Shown one piece after another: positions 49,933-64,000 of a DNA stretch of 64,000 nucleotides. The stretch's first letter is position 1. Each line of letters opens with the position of its first letter. Made by a program: the position numbers and the translations under genes. The notes beneath the pieces were generated by a model. The model ran no database searches, had not been told where the DNA came from, and was given only the letters and a program-made list of their open reading frames with translations. Source of the stretch: Octopus bimaculoides (Eukaryota); contig NC_068983.1 of assembly GCF_001194135.2 (NCBI RefSeq), positions 14,500,846-14,564,845 on the forward strand. The letters run 5' to 3'.

Positions 49933-52900
49933 TACGGCAGATAAATAATGTGTTGCTTTTAAGGAAAGGGAGAAATCTTTTCGGATTAAAAAATAAAAAC
50001 AGTGAGCATTAAGGGCTGGAAACAGAACAATCGCGGACTCTTGATAGCCAGAACATTCTCTATCCAATACTATTGACGTTTAAGATTCTTTATCAAGAAA
50101 TATCTCTTGCTCAAAATATACAGAATATAAATTATCTTCTTCGCTCTCAACATAAACCGCTGTATTTGATGTGGATTAAATATGCACATGAAAGAGTACT
50201 ATGAGGGTAAGAAGATGGCATTTAATATTTAATCACATCACCGACATGCTTCCCAAGAGTCCCCTCGTCTTTCCTTTGGTGTTTTCCCTACATTTCTCGT
50301 CCCAATTTAAATACAAAGAACCATTCCAATTTTAAACTTCAACCTCTCTTGTTCTTTTCTAGGTTTAATCAATTAAAAATTGTTATGTCACAACCCTACT
50401 GCTATCTAGCACCTTCGAATGATCTCTACTCAACCGATACACAACTACTACTCGACTGCTACTCAACACACCTACCACGGCCAGATTACCTCTATTTATA
50501 TGTCTTGGAAGATCCAACTTCTCCGCCTGGGGGCGTCAACACAACAAAAATATTATCATGCACGTATCCGCATTTTTCCAGTGTATCCTCTTATTTCACA
50601 AGCAATGTTTCCTGTAGATAAAAAATAGTACTGAGGCAAAAATAATATACACATAAAAGCTAAACAATTTAACAATGTTTTTTCATAAATTTTCATAAAA
50701 TTTAAACGTTCTATAAAGCCTTCTGTTTAATTCATAAGGAAATTACTTTTTGATCATTGCTGTATCATTACTAGTTTACTCGGATTCGAATATATTACTA
50801 GCAGAAAATTATTTATTTATAAATTGTTATTTTTTATTTCAGATGGGAATTTTATTGATTTTAGTTTATTAATTAAGCCTTTGGTTTTAGATAATTTATT
50901 TTAGACAGTCAAGATGTCTTCGTGATTTAAAATAGCTCATGCGGTGAGTTGATAACTGCATAATATAATCACGTGTAAGAATATGTGTACAGACAGTGCT
51001 CAGAAATATGGAAAATAAATATTTCCAGTGTAATATGTATAAGTTCACTCGAAGATACCCACCTTCAAGTGTATGGGACATATGATTAGTCTCATGTATG
51101 GGAAATATGATTAGTTGCAAGGTGTAATTACAAATGGCTCCGTTCATAGAATGTCTACAGCATTTAATAAATACACTAGGGCCTGAAATCGAGTGAAGAA
51201 AGAACGGGTCGTTGTGGCGCAGCCATACGTCTAGGAGCACCATGACGTTGTCCAGTTTTCTTTTCTGGAGTCATTCTGTCCTCATTAGATGGTTTAACGT
51301 CCATATATATTATAGGTCTGAACGGCTTAAAATATTTAATTTGACGAGTTAATATAATTAAGAAAAGTGCCGAATGTCCGCTGAGAAAATATGCAGTCTT
51401 ATTTCCAAAATTCTGTTTAGTAAGACTACTAAATAATTTCAAAATAAAGCTAATTTCATTAAAATTAAAATCAATAGATCTTAATGGCTTCTATTCATCG
51501 TCTGTTCTAACAAATTTTTACATAATTCAAGTATAATCAGAGGCGTCTAGCAACGCCATTTTGGTTCCAGTAGTGGCCGCTCCATTATCTCAGTCATCAT
51601 CAACACAAGTAGTCAACGAAACTGACCCTAGATTTGCTTCTATTACTCAACCAAATCAACCGATGAATTTCAATTTTCCCAGGCGGACATTTGGCAACCA
51701 GAAACAATGTTTTCAATTAATTTGGTTCAATGCTTTTTATTTCATTCATTATAACCAAACATCCGATAACAGTTTTTTTTTTAATTCTTGCAAAGTATTG
51801 CGCAAAAATCAAAACTATAGTATGTCACATGTAAAGTAAAAGCGGTTTCAATGGAACAATTTTTTAATCGGAACGAGAAAGTACCAATGCGTCGAGAAAT
51901 AACAACTTTCTTAGGTTTCCTGGCCTGATATTGAATCGGAAATGCTCATTCCTAAATGCGGTAATGTTAGAAAATTGTTGAAGAAAACAACAAGAAAACA
52001 TATGCAAACAAATTATAAATGCCTAATAAAAATTGATGAGTATTTGCGCTTCCTTTGCTAGCAAGGAAAATCCGTGCAAGGAAATGTTGAAGACTCATCT
52101 AGTTCCATACCTTTGTACAAAAGAGACGGAAAGATGATCCTGATTTTCTGGTTTTGGTCAAAGCAGTAAATATAGCGAAGTAACTTATCTAAGCAATAAA
52201 ATAAGTTGTAGGATGCTCAGATTCTAAAAGCTCATGAACAAATCCAACATCGCTTAAAGAAGTTATCAGGAACAACTATAATTTTTCCTGTATTGTTTCA
52301 CAATATTCATTGTCTTAGTAAAGACTGTCCAGATTAGAGACTCTACGATGCTGGAGTTAATCAGCATTTAATCAAACCATAATTACATTATCCCTCATCA
52401 GTCAACAGAATATTGAGAGTTATTCATTTCTTTGTTTTTCGTGAGGAGAAACAAAACTTTCTTTCATTTTCTTAGAGAAATCATGATTCACATATCCTTG
52501 TCAACCAATAATATGGTGGTGGTGCTATACATTCCTTACAGTCACTAGCACATATTTAAATTAGGTTGTTGTATCGATTCGTCTTCCTGTTATCTGCATC
52601 AGACAATTTTTCTTCCAGTCTGACAGCTCTAAAAAAATAAAGCATTTCATAAGCACCCTCCAAATTATACAGTGTGGTCCTTGTTTAGTTACAACTATAG
52701 AGTGAGTGTTACTTTTCTATAATCTTATTTCTTCGGTTAAGCAGTAAATCTGACGTCATATTCCATTTTCCATCACATTCGATAAATGTATATATTTCAA
52801 GTGCAGCTTTTGGGGCTCTCCGTTCCCCTCTCCGTTAAACAGCCCTTTTCCTAGTCTATCATATACTATTAGTTCTTTTAATAAATTTTCTTTGCTGTTA

Positions 52901-54058
52901 CAATGCTTCCACTATCTCAACTAAGACCCAATTACTCCGGTTTGCATAAATATTTGTTTTCATTCAATCTCAGTATCTAAAATTCTATACAAGTTGCGTT
53001 TTTCTATTTTTGCTTTTATTATTATTAGTGCTTTACTTGGTGGAGTAGTCAAAAGCTACTTTCGATTATTGTTAGTGTATGTACCAATTCATCTAACAAA
53101 ACCAGATTATGATGTCAATGACACATTTCTAGCAATAAAAATATTTTTAGCCAGAGATACATCGACAATATTTTCAGTCATCGTTGAATCATTGATGTCC
53201 TTTGAGAGCCGATTGAAAGTATATCTATAGAGATGTAGAAAATTAGTTTTTTTACAAAACCAGGATCGTGCGGAGAGAACAAAAAAGTCGGGAATGGTAT
53301 GGCTAACCTTACGGAAAATTTCAACTAATGGCTTTAGTAGGACATTTCGAAGCAAATTCAGATATTATCTGATAGGATTAGCAGCAGCAAGAAGATTGTT
53401 ACTTGAGATAAGTATTTATGAAAAAGAGAGAAATTTCCATGGTGAGTTGAAGAATAACCTCCCAAAGCATGAATTAGCTTAAAAGAAAATTAATGATTGC
53501 TAACATCTAAATTTGGAGTGCAACTAAATAGGCCGCATACACAGCTTGCTATTAACGATTTTCAAATAATTATTTAGTCATATATGACTGCTGTTGAGGG
53601 TATGTACACTCACAGCTAAATGCTGCTTTTCTGGACATTATTATTCTATACTAGATTCATATGAATTTTTTAAATTTGTTCTTTGGGTTAAAGCTCTGCC
53701 ATCACATTTTCTGTCATACAGACAGTGTATGAAAGTTAGTGCAAACATTTAAAATGTTTTGAAAAGATAGTCAGTGGGTTGCTGAACTTATCAACGAAAT
53801 TTTGGAAAATGCGGAATAGGGATTTATTTTATACAATCTATAATTATATGCAAAGGTAATGAGTACAATATTTTGTCTCAGAGTATATATTATGAAGAAT
53901 TAGATATCCATTGAGGTACAGACATCGCCATCGACAGCTCGCGGCCGTTATAGGCGCTTGCATTTTGAAGCCGTAGACAAACATTCTCTTAACATTTTCA
54001 TCGGGCAGGTTATGAGGTATATTGAAAACTGGAGACAATGCTTGTGAAAAGTGCTCAC

Positions 54059-54124
54059 CAACAGGAACACACCATTCGAAATCCTTTTTATAAGGAGAAG
54101 ATATACCTTGTTCAGTTGACATTG
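54059..54124 (-). other. Candidate 66-nt exon
   Basis: gttcttttctcatttattaacag acceptor and ttg|gtgagc donor; reads MSTEQGISSPYKKDFEWCVPV or QCQLNKVYLLLIKRISNGVFLL. Confidence 0.2.
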
Positions 54125-54693
54125 CTGTTAATAAATGAGAAAAGAACATGCTGATGGCATCCACATAATATCTCCAATTTGTAATATATGTTACCTATTA
54201 CTAGTAATTCTCGCAAATTCCATATCGGCAAAAAAACGTACATACTTTTCGGTGAAGAGTGATGCAAAAGAGATTAAAATCTCCGCAAATAATACTGTAT
54301 AATAAAGAACTGACAGACAAAACACGCCAGATTGTAACTGTTGAGGACAGTATCCATCAAGTAATGGAGTCGATAATCAACTTTTCATCCACTGAAATTT
54401 AAGGAACTGTATCAATCTACGAATTTTATATTAATTTATAATTACACATACAAATGTAAAAGTTTGGACGTTAATGAATATTTTGACTATTGTCACACCA
54501 TGCTCACATTTATTTTTCATTAGCTACATACCTTTCAAGATAATAATAGTTCCGAGAAGTAACTATTTTGTGTATATTTTCACAAACCAGTTTATTTATG
54601 AAATACATCGGCGAATAAGACTGTAATTTTTTTCTTCAAATTATTAACCACATCTTTGGAGATAAATTGTGTTTCAATATTTACATTAACAAA

Positions 54694-54905
54694 GGCGCGA
54701 GCTCGCAGGAACGTTAGCACACCGGGCGAAATGCTTAGCGGTATTTCGTCTATCTTTACGTTCTGAGTTCAAATTCCGCTGAGGTCGACTTTGCCCTTCA
54801 TCCTTACGGAGTCGATAAATTAAGTACCAGTTGCGTACTGAGTCGATCTAATCGACTGGCCTCCTCCTCCAAAATTTCGGGCTTTGTGCCTAGAACAGAA
54901 AAGAA
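54694..54905 (+). mobile_element. SINE family C, full head
   Basis: ggcgcgagctcgcaggaacgttagcacaccgggcgaaatgcttagcgg...gagttcaaattccgctgaggtcgactttgcc. Confidence 0.9.
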
Positions 54906-55021
54906 TATTTACATTAACATTTTGGTGGGTTTCATGTGAAATATACTACAGGTGTTTTTGTCATAGATTTGTACACATTGCCGGTAAGAATTCAACTTAC
55001 AAAGATTTTGTTCGTATCTTT

Positions 55022-55190
55022 TACTTATTTCAGTCATTGGACTGTGGCCATGCTGAGGCACCGATTCGAAGGGCTAAATCGAACACATCGAAACCAGTAC
55101 TTAGTTATTCCAAGCTTAGTATGTCTTTTATCAGTGTCTTTTGCTGAATATCTAAGTAACGTAGTCGGAAACAAACCAACATGTGTGGTC

Positions 55191-55243
<53 letters not shown>

Positions 55244-55420
55244 TTTACATGTGGCGGACTTCTAGTTTCTGCCATTCAAACTCACTCACAACACTTCAGT
55301 TCATCCAACGTGCTGTGTAATACGGCTGAATCGAAGAAAGTGTCTTATCCACACGGGTACATCTGACCCTAATAAACTGAAGGCTTCGCATCGAGCACGA
55401 ACTCATAACTTATGTAACCT
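55022..55420 (-). mobile_element. SINE B/D with an expanded internal (CA)n
   Basis: The D block at 55022-55190, (CA)n at 55192-55241, then a diverged B head. Confidence 0.75.
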
Positions 55421-55929
55421 TAACAAGAACGTTAATCATTATACCAACGCAATACTTATAACAAACTCTTATATCTACCTGGCCACTGACGCATGATGAG
55501 TAGTATTAGTCTGAAAAAGTTTAATGCTATTAAATACAAATCATATCAGACATTTAGATATTTGATTAATAATTCAACTCAAATTTAAATAATAGATTTA
55601 TTCAAATTATCTAAGAACTTAAGATAAATACAAACTTTTAATTTCATAATTAAAATATTCTATTTACTCTTTATCTATTTATTATATAACATCAATTATT
55701 TAGTTTTTATTGCCATGTAGGTTATATCATGCAATTTGTTAACAATAGCGTCGTTTAATAATGCATAACTGTGAGCAAATAGTACTGTGTCACAAATATG
55801 CAGCGAATGAGTATATAGTTCAGTTTTCCTACAATTTCACTGATGTTATTAAAGTAATCTCCAAACACACAGATGCAAAACAAAGATGATATATGGATGT
55901 GCTATGAATGCACAATTAGGCGAAACAAT

Positions 55930-57000
55930 GTTAAGGGACCAATCTTTTATCAATTTACCAGTGGAAATGGCAAATGTCTCTTAGACTTCCAAACGTCAAA
56001 TGACATGATCAATCTGATTATACAATACACAAAGAGAATAGGTAGGTTGTGAATGTTTACGTCCCCAAATAACAGTGATGCACAACCTGATCACAGCATA
56101 ATAAAAATGAAAATTGAATAACAATCCTTTGAGCTACGAATCCTACTGTCAATTCTTACCATCAAATGTGACAGGAATATTCAAGCAAAGTTTGAGAGTA
56201 AATAAGGATTTACGTAAATATAGACTGGAAAGAAAGCACAAACGCAGTTGCAAAATATTTTAGATGATATCAAAAATGTCAATTCTTTTAACAATACAAT
56301 CATACAAATACAAGGAATTGAAGTAGAAGCAAATATTTCAAACGGAGGAAGGAAACAACAGATATACCCTATGGGAAATAGCGAAGATAAGTACGAAAAG
56401 AAGGACTGTAAACATTTAAAATAAAGAACATGTAAAATGAGTTAACTCATTAGAATTAATAAAGCGGTATTGCAAAATGCAAGACAATAAATAACGCGAT
56501 GAAATCTTAACACAGATACTTGGTTCTAATTTTCACGATAAAATATGTAATCCAAATTGCTTGAGAAAACCAGTAACTTTCACATGGGAGAAACAGAAGG
56601 AAGAAATAAGGCCAAAATGTAAACATTCGTGAGAACCGAATTAAAAAAAACATGTCTACACGGACAGTTACCAAACATAGACCAAGCTATCATTAATGTT
56701 GTGGAATAAAAAAAAATCCTTACCTGTAGTTACAAACGACTTGACTAAAAACCTAAAGAATTGTATCAGGTTCTTTCCAAATGGCAAAAGAAGTCTTGAC
56801 AATATATTAATAAAGATATGGAAATCATGAATGCTCTTAGATCATGTACTTGAAGTGCATAATAAACCTTGCTCCTTGCAGCAACATTTACCGAATACAA
56901 TATATGGAAATGTATTATTAGCAGAAACCACCGAACAATGGAGAGCTATGTTTCTGGGGGGACTCTTAATAAAAAAAAGTGTTGTCAACAATTCTGTAAT
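55930..57000 (+). mobile_element. Highly decayed LINE remnant (RTE-like)
   Basis: A-rich sense strand. NGKCLLDF resembles an AP-endonuclease motif, and SLQQHLPNTIYGNVLLAETTEQWRAMFLG resembles the post-RT RTE motif SWQQHP...LYGN...QRRLRFAG. Confidence 0.35.
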
Positions 57001-58705
57001 AATCGGTGCATGATAATACACGAGGGGAAACTTGTCGAACGTTGTAATGAAGGTCACATTTCAGTGTAACGTGAGTGTACTTCACATAACAACGACTACA
57101 TCTACTGATTTATACGACACGGTCTTATAGGAAATTCCGTATATTAGTGGCTGTCGAAACCGAAATGTTGTGTACAGCCAAGTCAATCCATAACCAACGA
57201 GATTTAAACGCTATTCCGAAAAGCAGCTCAGTTAGGAAAACTCTATAATACATTTGAGTATTGCGTATCCATGAGTTAAATTATCCGAAACTGTTTGAAC
57301 ATAAATGCTTAGCAATTATATATATTTAGCAGGGCGAAACACAGATACAAACACGCCTACACATATACGCATAAGTGTATGTATGTATGTATGCATGTAT
57401 GTATGTATGTATGCATGTGTATATATGTATGTCTGTGTATAATATATATCTATGCATGCATGTATGTATGAATGTCTGTGTGTATGTATGTATGTATGCA
57501 TTCATGTATAAGCACACGCGCTCAGGCTCACACACAGTGGGCTGCAACTATATCTCCGTCTACCAAATTCTGATAAGAATGCCTTAATCAGCTGGATGCA
57601 CTGCAGATGACTGGATGCACTGCCCATTGAGCTGTGCAATGCAATGGAATCCGGAAAATTATTCAATACAGAAAGTGTTAACCATGGAGGGATGTGTACA
57701 TGTATATTTCTACAGTTTATTGAACTTTGGGTTTAAGAGACTTGCAGCAAAATCATGATGAACTTTGCCGTATAGAAACTGTCAGCGAAGTTAAAATGCT
57801 ACATGTACCCACATGAATGCCAAGTATTTCAAGCATCAGAATTTTACTGTAATAAAATTTTTATTCTTTTCGTCAGAGGTTTTGTCTTTTCCTATGTATG
57901 CGTGTGCTAAAGTTATGTATTAGAAATTGAAGAAAGTACAGCACCCAAGACATTTTTCAGGGTGTCCGGGAATCTTGGAAGGAAGAGAGAAATTTAAACT
58001 CAGTTGGGAGGATAAGATACGATATTAATGTTCTTTTCTGTTTGAAAATAATTTCGTCCTTCCTCCATTAGTTTATATAAATCCAGATATCAATAACAAA
58101 AAACCTAATGCTTGCAAGAGAGTAGACTCTGCTAATGTACTAATGCGCTCATGTGATATGTAGGGATGCTAGCCCGGATAAATCTATCAGCAAAGTTCTG
58201 AGGTTGTCCCTTAGACTATTTTTTATACACTTTATATTTATCAAATTTCACACACACAACTTTGGTCGATAGAAAGCGGCTGCACAAGACCTAAATCTAA
58301 GGTGCTGCGCAGTGTGATCGTACCTGATACCATGGAGTTGCGTAGTGAACATGTTAATCACGTGGCCAGACATGTGTTTGTGTGTGTGAGTGTGTGTGTG
58401 TAATGAGCAAATGATAAATAGGTTTTTAATTTCACTCATGAATGCATGAGTGTGATAATAAATTGCTTGGCCCTTTGTGGTCAGAGCATTCCATCAACAG
58501 TTATCCGCTTTACTAACTTCAAAGGAGCAATACATGGCGTTTAAAGCTACGTCCTTTGATGAAAATCTCTATGAAAACTATTTGTAGTCTGTCTTCATAA
58601 CATTCTCATATAAATGTGTGCAGCTAGAAAGTTTAGATTTCGGCTGTTATAGTTGTTGCCTTCGTTCAGATATGCTGCATATACATACATAAACACATAC
58701 ATACA

Positions 58706-58736
<31 letters not shown>

Positions 58737-60282
58737 GTGTGTGTGCGTATACATATATGTATATATATATACACTATATGCATGTTTCTTAATAAGAGAT
58801 TATGTTAATCATGTAATTTTACTAACAACATTATTAATTTACCCATTGAGCATCGAATTCCTGGTGGAAAAGATGTTTAGCATCAAAATGAGCAATGTAA
58901 TAAATAAGTAACATGGTACTTTTTGATCGAAAAAGAATAACCATCCCCGACTGAATATACGCGGGTAGATTTGTATTCAATGTACCCAAACAATTCAGTG
59001 CTTTTAGATAGCTTTCTTAAGAGAACCCCAGTCCTCTGCCCAATTGTCTTCGTACTCTAATCTTTAAGCTATATCATATATATGAGTTTGTGCTCAGGTT
59101 ACATTAAAATTTATAACGCTCTTACGATTATATTCCATAAGTATACACAACCTAATAATTAGAGTGTCAATTTACTTCCTGTTCTAACATTCTACAATGG
59201 TGTTATATAGAAACATGGGTACTACAATTAATAACGATTGTTAAGAAGGTCCTTCTAATAACGATATATTATAATACTAGTAATAACGACGTCTAAGAAG
59301 GTAAGAAACTTTCAGAGTTATTTCCCTTGCACGTTCAGTCAAAGAATGATATAAGCTTACATTTACTGCTCTTTTGTATTCTCTGCATTTATTCAATTAT
59401 GATTAAATCTTGTGTTGAAAATTAAAATAATTAATCCCATCCTTGTATATCTTTTATACCTTCGACAAGATCAAATACAGCGGGCTTTTATGAGTCAAAT
59501 AAATATTACTATGCATTTGAACTAGCAAATGTAGTTACTAATCAAACGAAAGCGTTTCGGCCACACACTCATACATATACACCTGTTCACTCAAACTCGC
59601 ATTGCCACAGATATGCGAACATGCGCACACATAATTGCCTATACCAGTAAGTCTTTGGCTCTCACAATAAACGAAGCTGAATAAAGGAATATCTGACTGA
59701 GTATTCATTAATTCTGCCAAAAACATTCATACATGCAAAGTTCAATAGAAGCCAAAATGATTCGGAAATAGACATGGTTTGTCTGTAGTTCCTCTTACTA
59801 TTTCTCTTTATCTGTACCAAACTTATTAACTTCCATCGATATACCACATTCACATGTTCAAATAAAAATCTCGACTTCAAAAGGAAAGGGATGTCATTTC
59901 ACTCCAAGAAAACATTCAACCGAACCATCAGAAATCCTGTTGTGGGTGAATAATCAATTAACAGGCATGATCTACGTTTAAGGATCTGAACATGATTCAA
60001 AAGACTGTTTGTTTTTGCTTATCGTATATGATTATATGAATGGGAATATGGGCATGAATGTTTCTATGTGTGTGTGTTTTTGTTTGTGTACACGTTATGT
60101 ATAATATGCATATAAATATACATGTATTTATACAAATGTACATACACATGTGCATATGTACTGATACATATGTACACACCTGTATGTGTGTGCGTGTGCG
60201 CGTTTATGTTCCTGTCTTCATGCATAGAGCACACACATGTATACAAATAGTTCATGTATGTATATGTATGCATGAATATATG

Positions 60283-60339
<57 letters not shown>

Positions 60340-61596
60340 TCTATACTCACTCCCATCGTTCTGTATCTATCTGCTTCTTTTAGCTGTTTAGCTATGTATG
60401 TATATGTATATATGTGTTTATATTTATGTACACAATTCAAACCTACCTTCGTCAACTACCTACATAGGTGCACACGCATATACATAATATGTACGTTAAA
60501 ATATACATCAATACAAATATGCATTTATATTTCATAAGAACATGATGCTTCATTTGTATAAATACATGTTTACCTTTTGAGACCTATGGGTTTTTGTAAC
60601 TATGTTGCTGTCTGTGAATATACATTTACATTATATGTGAGATACGAGTCTAAGCTTTTGTGCGTATGAGCGTGTGTCTAAAAGTAATGAAAGACCGAGG
60701 GAACGGGAGGAGAAGGAGATAGTCAAATGGAGATAGATAGACAGAGAAAGGGAGTGATAGGGAGAGAGGAAGATAGAAAGAGAGAGATAGGGATAGTGTG
60801 TGTTTCTTTTCAAACGTACACCTTTTATTGATTGAAATATCAAAAGAAAATTATTGCATGACAAGTTACCATCAACAAACTTCATCAATGCACACTGCCA
60901 TAGATATTTCTCATTCATGTCATTTATGCAAAGATGTCGCCTTTGTACTAAACCAACTCGCCAGATGAAGTGGTAATATCTGAGAGTTATCGAACACCTG
61001 ATCATAGGATAAGACTGGCTTTCTATGAAGTGAGGTCTTGATGTATTTACGCACCGTATGATTATCGAATAATACCTCTTTATTGCTTTATTCATCATAC
61101 AAAATCTATTAATGGGGAAACTATGAGTAATTATGGAAATGGAATTGCTTTGTGGTATTTGTATATATTTCAATGTTTTTGTTTCTTTGTTTTTGTAGAT
61201 AATCTCATTACTATGAATAATTGAAGAGCTTATCCATTTTATATTATCAATAACATCTCTTTGTATTTATAACTACATTCATTATTATATAACTATATAC
61301 TATAGTGTGCAACTATGTGTTAGAAGTAAGCTGTCGGCAAGCCCATTGCACACAGCACCAGTCGGCGACCTATATCCGCGCCTCAGATTCCGCGAATGTA
61401 TTTCGATTCCAGGTTGTTGCGGTATTTAAGTAACAATAGAAAATAAGAATATCAAATTATATTGATGCGGCTCCTTGACAAATCTGAACTCATTGGTTTC
61501 AGAGAAATTAAATTCATAAATAAAATATAATTTCAATTTAATATCAGTAGCTGGTATCGCTATGTGGTTAAGGAGGTTATAGGTGCAGGTATCTGT

Positions 61597-61978
61597 GGAG
61601 ACGCAATGGCCCAGTGGATAGGGCAGCGGAGTCGCGGTTATAGGATCGCGGTTTCGATTCCCAGACCGGGCGTTGTGAGTGTTTGTTGAGCGAAAACACC
61701 TAAAGCTCCACGAGGCTCCGGCAGGGGATGGTGGTGAAGCCTGCTGTACTCTTCCACCACAACTTTCTCTCACTCTTACTTCCTGTTTCTGTTGTGCCTG
61801 TAATTCAAAGGGTCAGCCTTGTCACACTGTGTCACGCTGAATATCCCCGAGAACTACGTTAAGGGTACACGTGTCTGTGGAGTGCTCAGCCACTTGCACG
61901 TTAATTTCACGAGCAGGCTGTTCCGCTGATCGGATCAACTGGAACCCTCGACGTCGTAAGCGACGGAGTGCCAACAAC
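61597..61978 (+). mobile_element. Full-length SINE family A with a 12-bp TSD
   Basis: tRNA-like head ggagacgcaatggcccagtgg...ggtttcgattccc and (CAA) tail; aggtgcaggtat (61581-92) and aggcgcaggtat (61979-90) flank it. Confidence 0.92.
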
Positions 61979-61980
61979 AG

Positions 61981-62242
61981 GCGCAGGTATGACTTTGTGT
62001 TTAAAAAGCTTCCTTTGCAGCTGCGAGGTTTCGGGTTTAGTATCACTGCATGGCAATTTAGGCAAGTGGCTTCTACTGTACATCCAAGCCGACCAATGCC
62101 TTCCTAGTGGATTTGCTAGGGGGAAACTCTGTGGAAGCCAATTTTTACTTTTACTGTTTACTTTTCGATTATTAAACATATGTGTTTGTGTATGTGCGTA
62201 TACATATGTATGCGTGTTTGTATATGTTTGTGTGTGTGTATG

Positions 62243-62273
<31 letters not shown>

Positions 62274-62470
62274 TGTGCGATGTTGTGATTGTGCTTGGGC
62301 TTCTTCCTGCCAATGCTTGACAACCAGTGTTGCTTTGTTTACGTTCCAGTAATTCAGCAGTTTTGTAAGCAAAACCGATAGGGTATATAACAGTCGTGAA
62401 AATAAGAACACTAGAGTCGATTTGTTCGATTATACGTTCAGGAAAGTGCCTCGATACAGCTGTACGGCGA
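61981..62470 (+). mobile_element. Diverged SINE B/D (head, microsatellite, tail)
   Basis: A B-like head follows directly after SINE A, then a GT/TA microsatellite and the D block at 62300-62470. Confidence 0.7.
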
Positions 62471-64000
62471 GGATTGGAACCAGCAAAAAAAAGAAAGAAA
62501 GGAAGAAACAAAAGTAGAAAACGGAAAAGTAAACACTTGAATACTTTGAATACTAATCGGAATCCTCCTACTATTTTGACTGATCAGATAGAAATTATGG
62601 TGAAATATCTTTCAAATCCTCTACAAGCATCTTTAATAACTATGGGGATATATCTCAGCACATACACACACGCGCGTGCACGCACACACACATAGACACA
62701 CACGTACACAGATATACACACACACATACATGCGCGAACACATGCACACATGCACGCACATTTGAGACTTAAGATAAGACTTCCATATTGTTACTGTTCC
62801 GCTCACAGATTTCACTTAAGGAAACACATATATATGACTGTATATATTATATATATATATATATATATNNNNNNNNNNNNNNNNNNNNNNNNNNNNNNNN
62901 NNNNNNNNNNNNNNNNNNNNNNNNNNNNNNNNNNNNNNNNNNNNNNNNNNNNNNNNNNNNNNNNNNNNNNNNNNNNNNNNNNNNNNNNNNNNNNNNNNNN
63001 NNNNNNNNNNNNNNNNNNNNNNNNNNNNNNNNNNNNNNNNNNNNNNNNNNNNNNNNNNNNNNNNNNNNNNNNNNNNNNNNNNNNNNNNNNNNNNNNNNNN
63101 NNNNNNNNNNNNNNNNNNNNNNNNNNNNNNNNNNNNNNNNNNNNNNNNNNNNNNNNNNNNNNNNNNNNNNNNNNNNNNNNNNNNNNNNNNNNNNNNNNNN
63201 NNNNNNNNNNNNNNNNNNNNNNNNNNNNNNNNNNNNNNNNNNNNNNNNNNNNNNNNNNNNNNNNNNNNNNNNNNNNNNNNNNNNNNNNNNNNNNNNNNNN
63301 NNNNNNNNNNNNNNNNNNNNNNNNNNNNNNNNNNNNNNNNNNNNNNNNNNNNNNNNNNNNNNNNNNNNNNNNNNNNNNNNNNNNNNNNNNNNNNNNNNNN
63401 NNNNNNNNNNNNNNNNNNNNNNNNNNNNNNNNNNNNNNNNNNNNNNNNNNNNNNNNNNNNNNNNNNNNNNNNNNNNNNNNNNNNNNNNNNNNNNNNNNNN
63501 NNNNNNNNNNNNNNNNNNNNNNNNNNNNNNNNNNNNNNNNNNNNNNNNNNNNNNNNNNNNNNNNNNNNNNNNNNNNNNNNNNNNNNNNNNNNNNNNNNNN
63601 NNNNNNNNNNNNNNNNNNNNNNNNNNNNNNNNNNNNNNNNNNNNNNNNNNNNNNNNNNNNNNNNNNNNNNNNNNNNNNNNNNNNNNNNNNNNNNNNNNNN
63701 NNNNNNNNNNNNNNNNNNNNNNNNNNNNNNNNNNNNNNNNNNNNNNNNNNNNNNNNNNNNNNATATATATATATATACATACATAGAGTGCGGTGAATAA
63801 ATTGTTTTCTAAATTACACGAAAGTAAAAATAACACTGACATCTCATTTTAACAGATAATATTTAGCAAAATTATATCAAAATATCTTGAAATATTAAAG
63901 AGGAACTACGGAGATGTTCTTGCATAGCAAGTGACCTAATCTGAGATCGTGTGCTAGAACGAAAACAATTGCAGCATGGAAGGTGTTTATAAGCCATTTA

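Noticed and set aside
51190-51270. KLDNVMVLLDVWLRHNDPFF on the minus strand, with a PKC-like KLDNVM
   Set aside because: An in-frame stop lies just upstream, there is no HRD/RDL context, and the acceptor is poor.
53844-54164. 106-aa ORF with PVGEHF, reminiscent of a Penelope endonuclease C-terminus
   Set aside because: No GIY/YIG motifs lie upstream and the downstream match is poor; only the splice-bounded part is kept as a weak candidate exon.
60631-61173. 180-aa minus-strand ORF, and a CHLC motif on the plus strand
   Set aside because: There is no family resemblance, the ORF runs into a GA-rich tract, and the spacing does not fit a C2H2 finger.

Overview
AT-rich eukaryotic DNA dominated by microsatellites, with 15 assembly gaps (about 6.2 kb of N). 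The SINE families and (TA)n/(CA)n density look like an octopus (Octopus bimaculoides-type) short-read scaffold; this is inferred from remembered repeat sequences, not from a search. No recognisable host protein-coding gene is present, and almost all listed ORFs are translations of microsatellites or N runs. What can be supported is a layered mobile-element landscape. It includes three or four tRNA-derived SINE families (one with an internal microsatellite, two sharing a head but not a tail), a decayed Tc1 transposase and a 219-bp mariner MITE. It also includes R4/Dong-type non-LTR elements (CCHC plus restriction-like endonuclease) sitting at (TAA)n, RTE-type LINE remnants, and a Penelope-like GIY-YIG remnant with a hammerhead-ribozyme fold downstream. 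Several more hammerhead-like motifs occur elsewhere, one inside a 530-bp nested direct/inverted repeat. An 88-bp local duplication on the minus strand looks like a duplicated terminal exon, and a few isolated splice-site-bounded segments may be exons of an unidentified gene (low confidence). I found no convincing new biological system; the best leads are the hammerhead-bearing elements and the duplicated exon-like segment.
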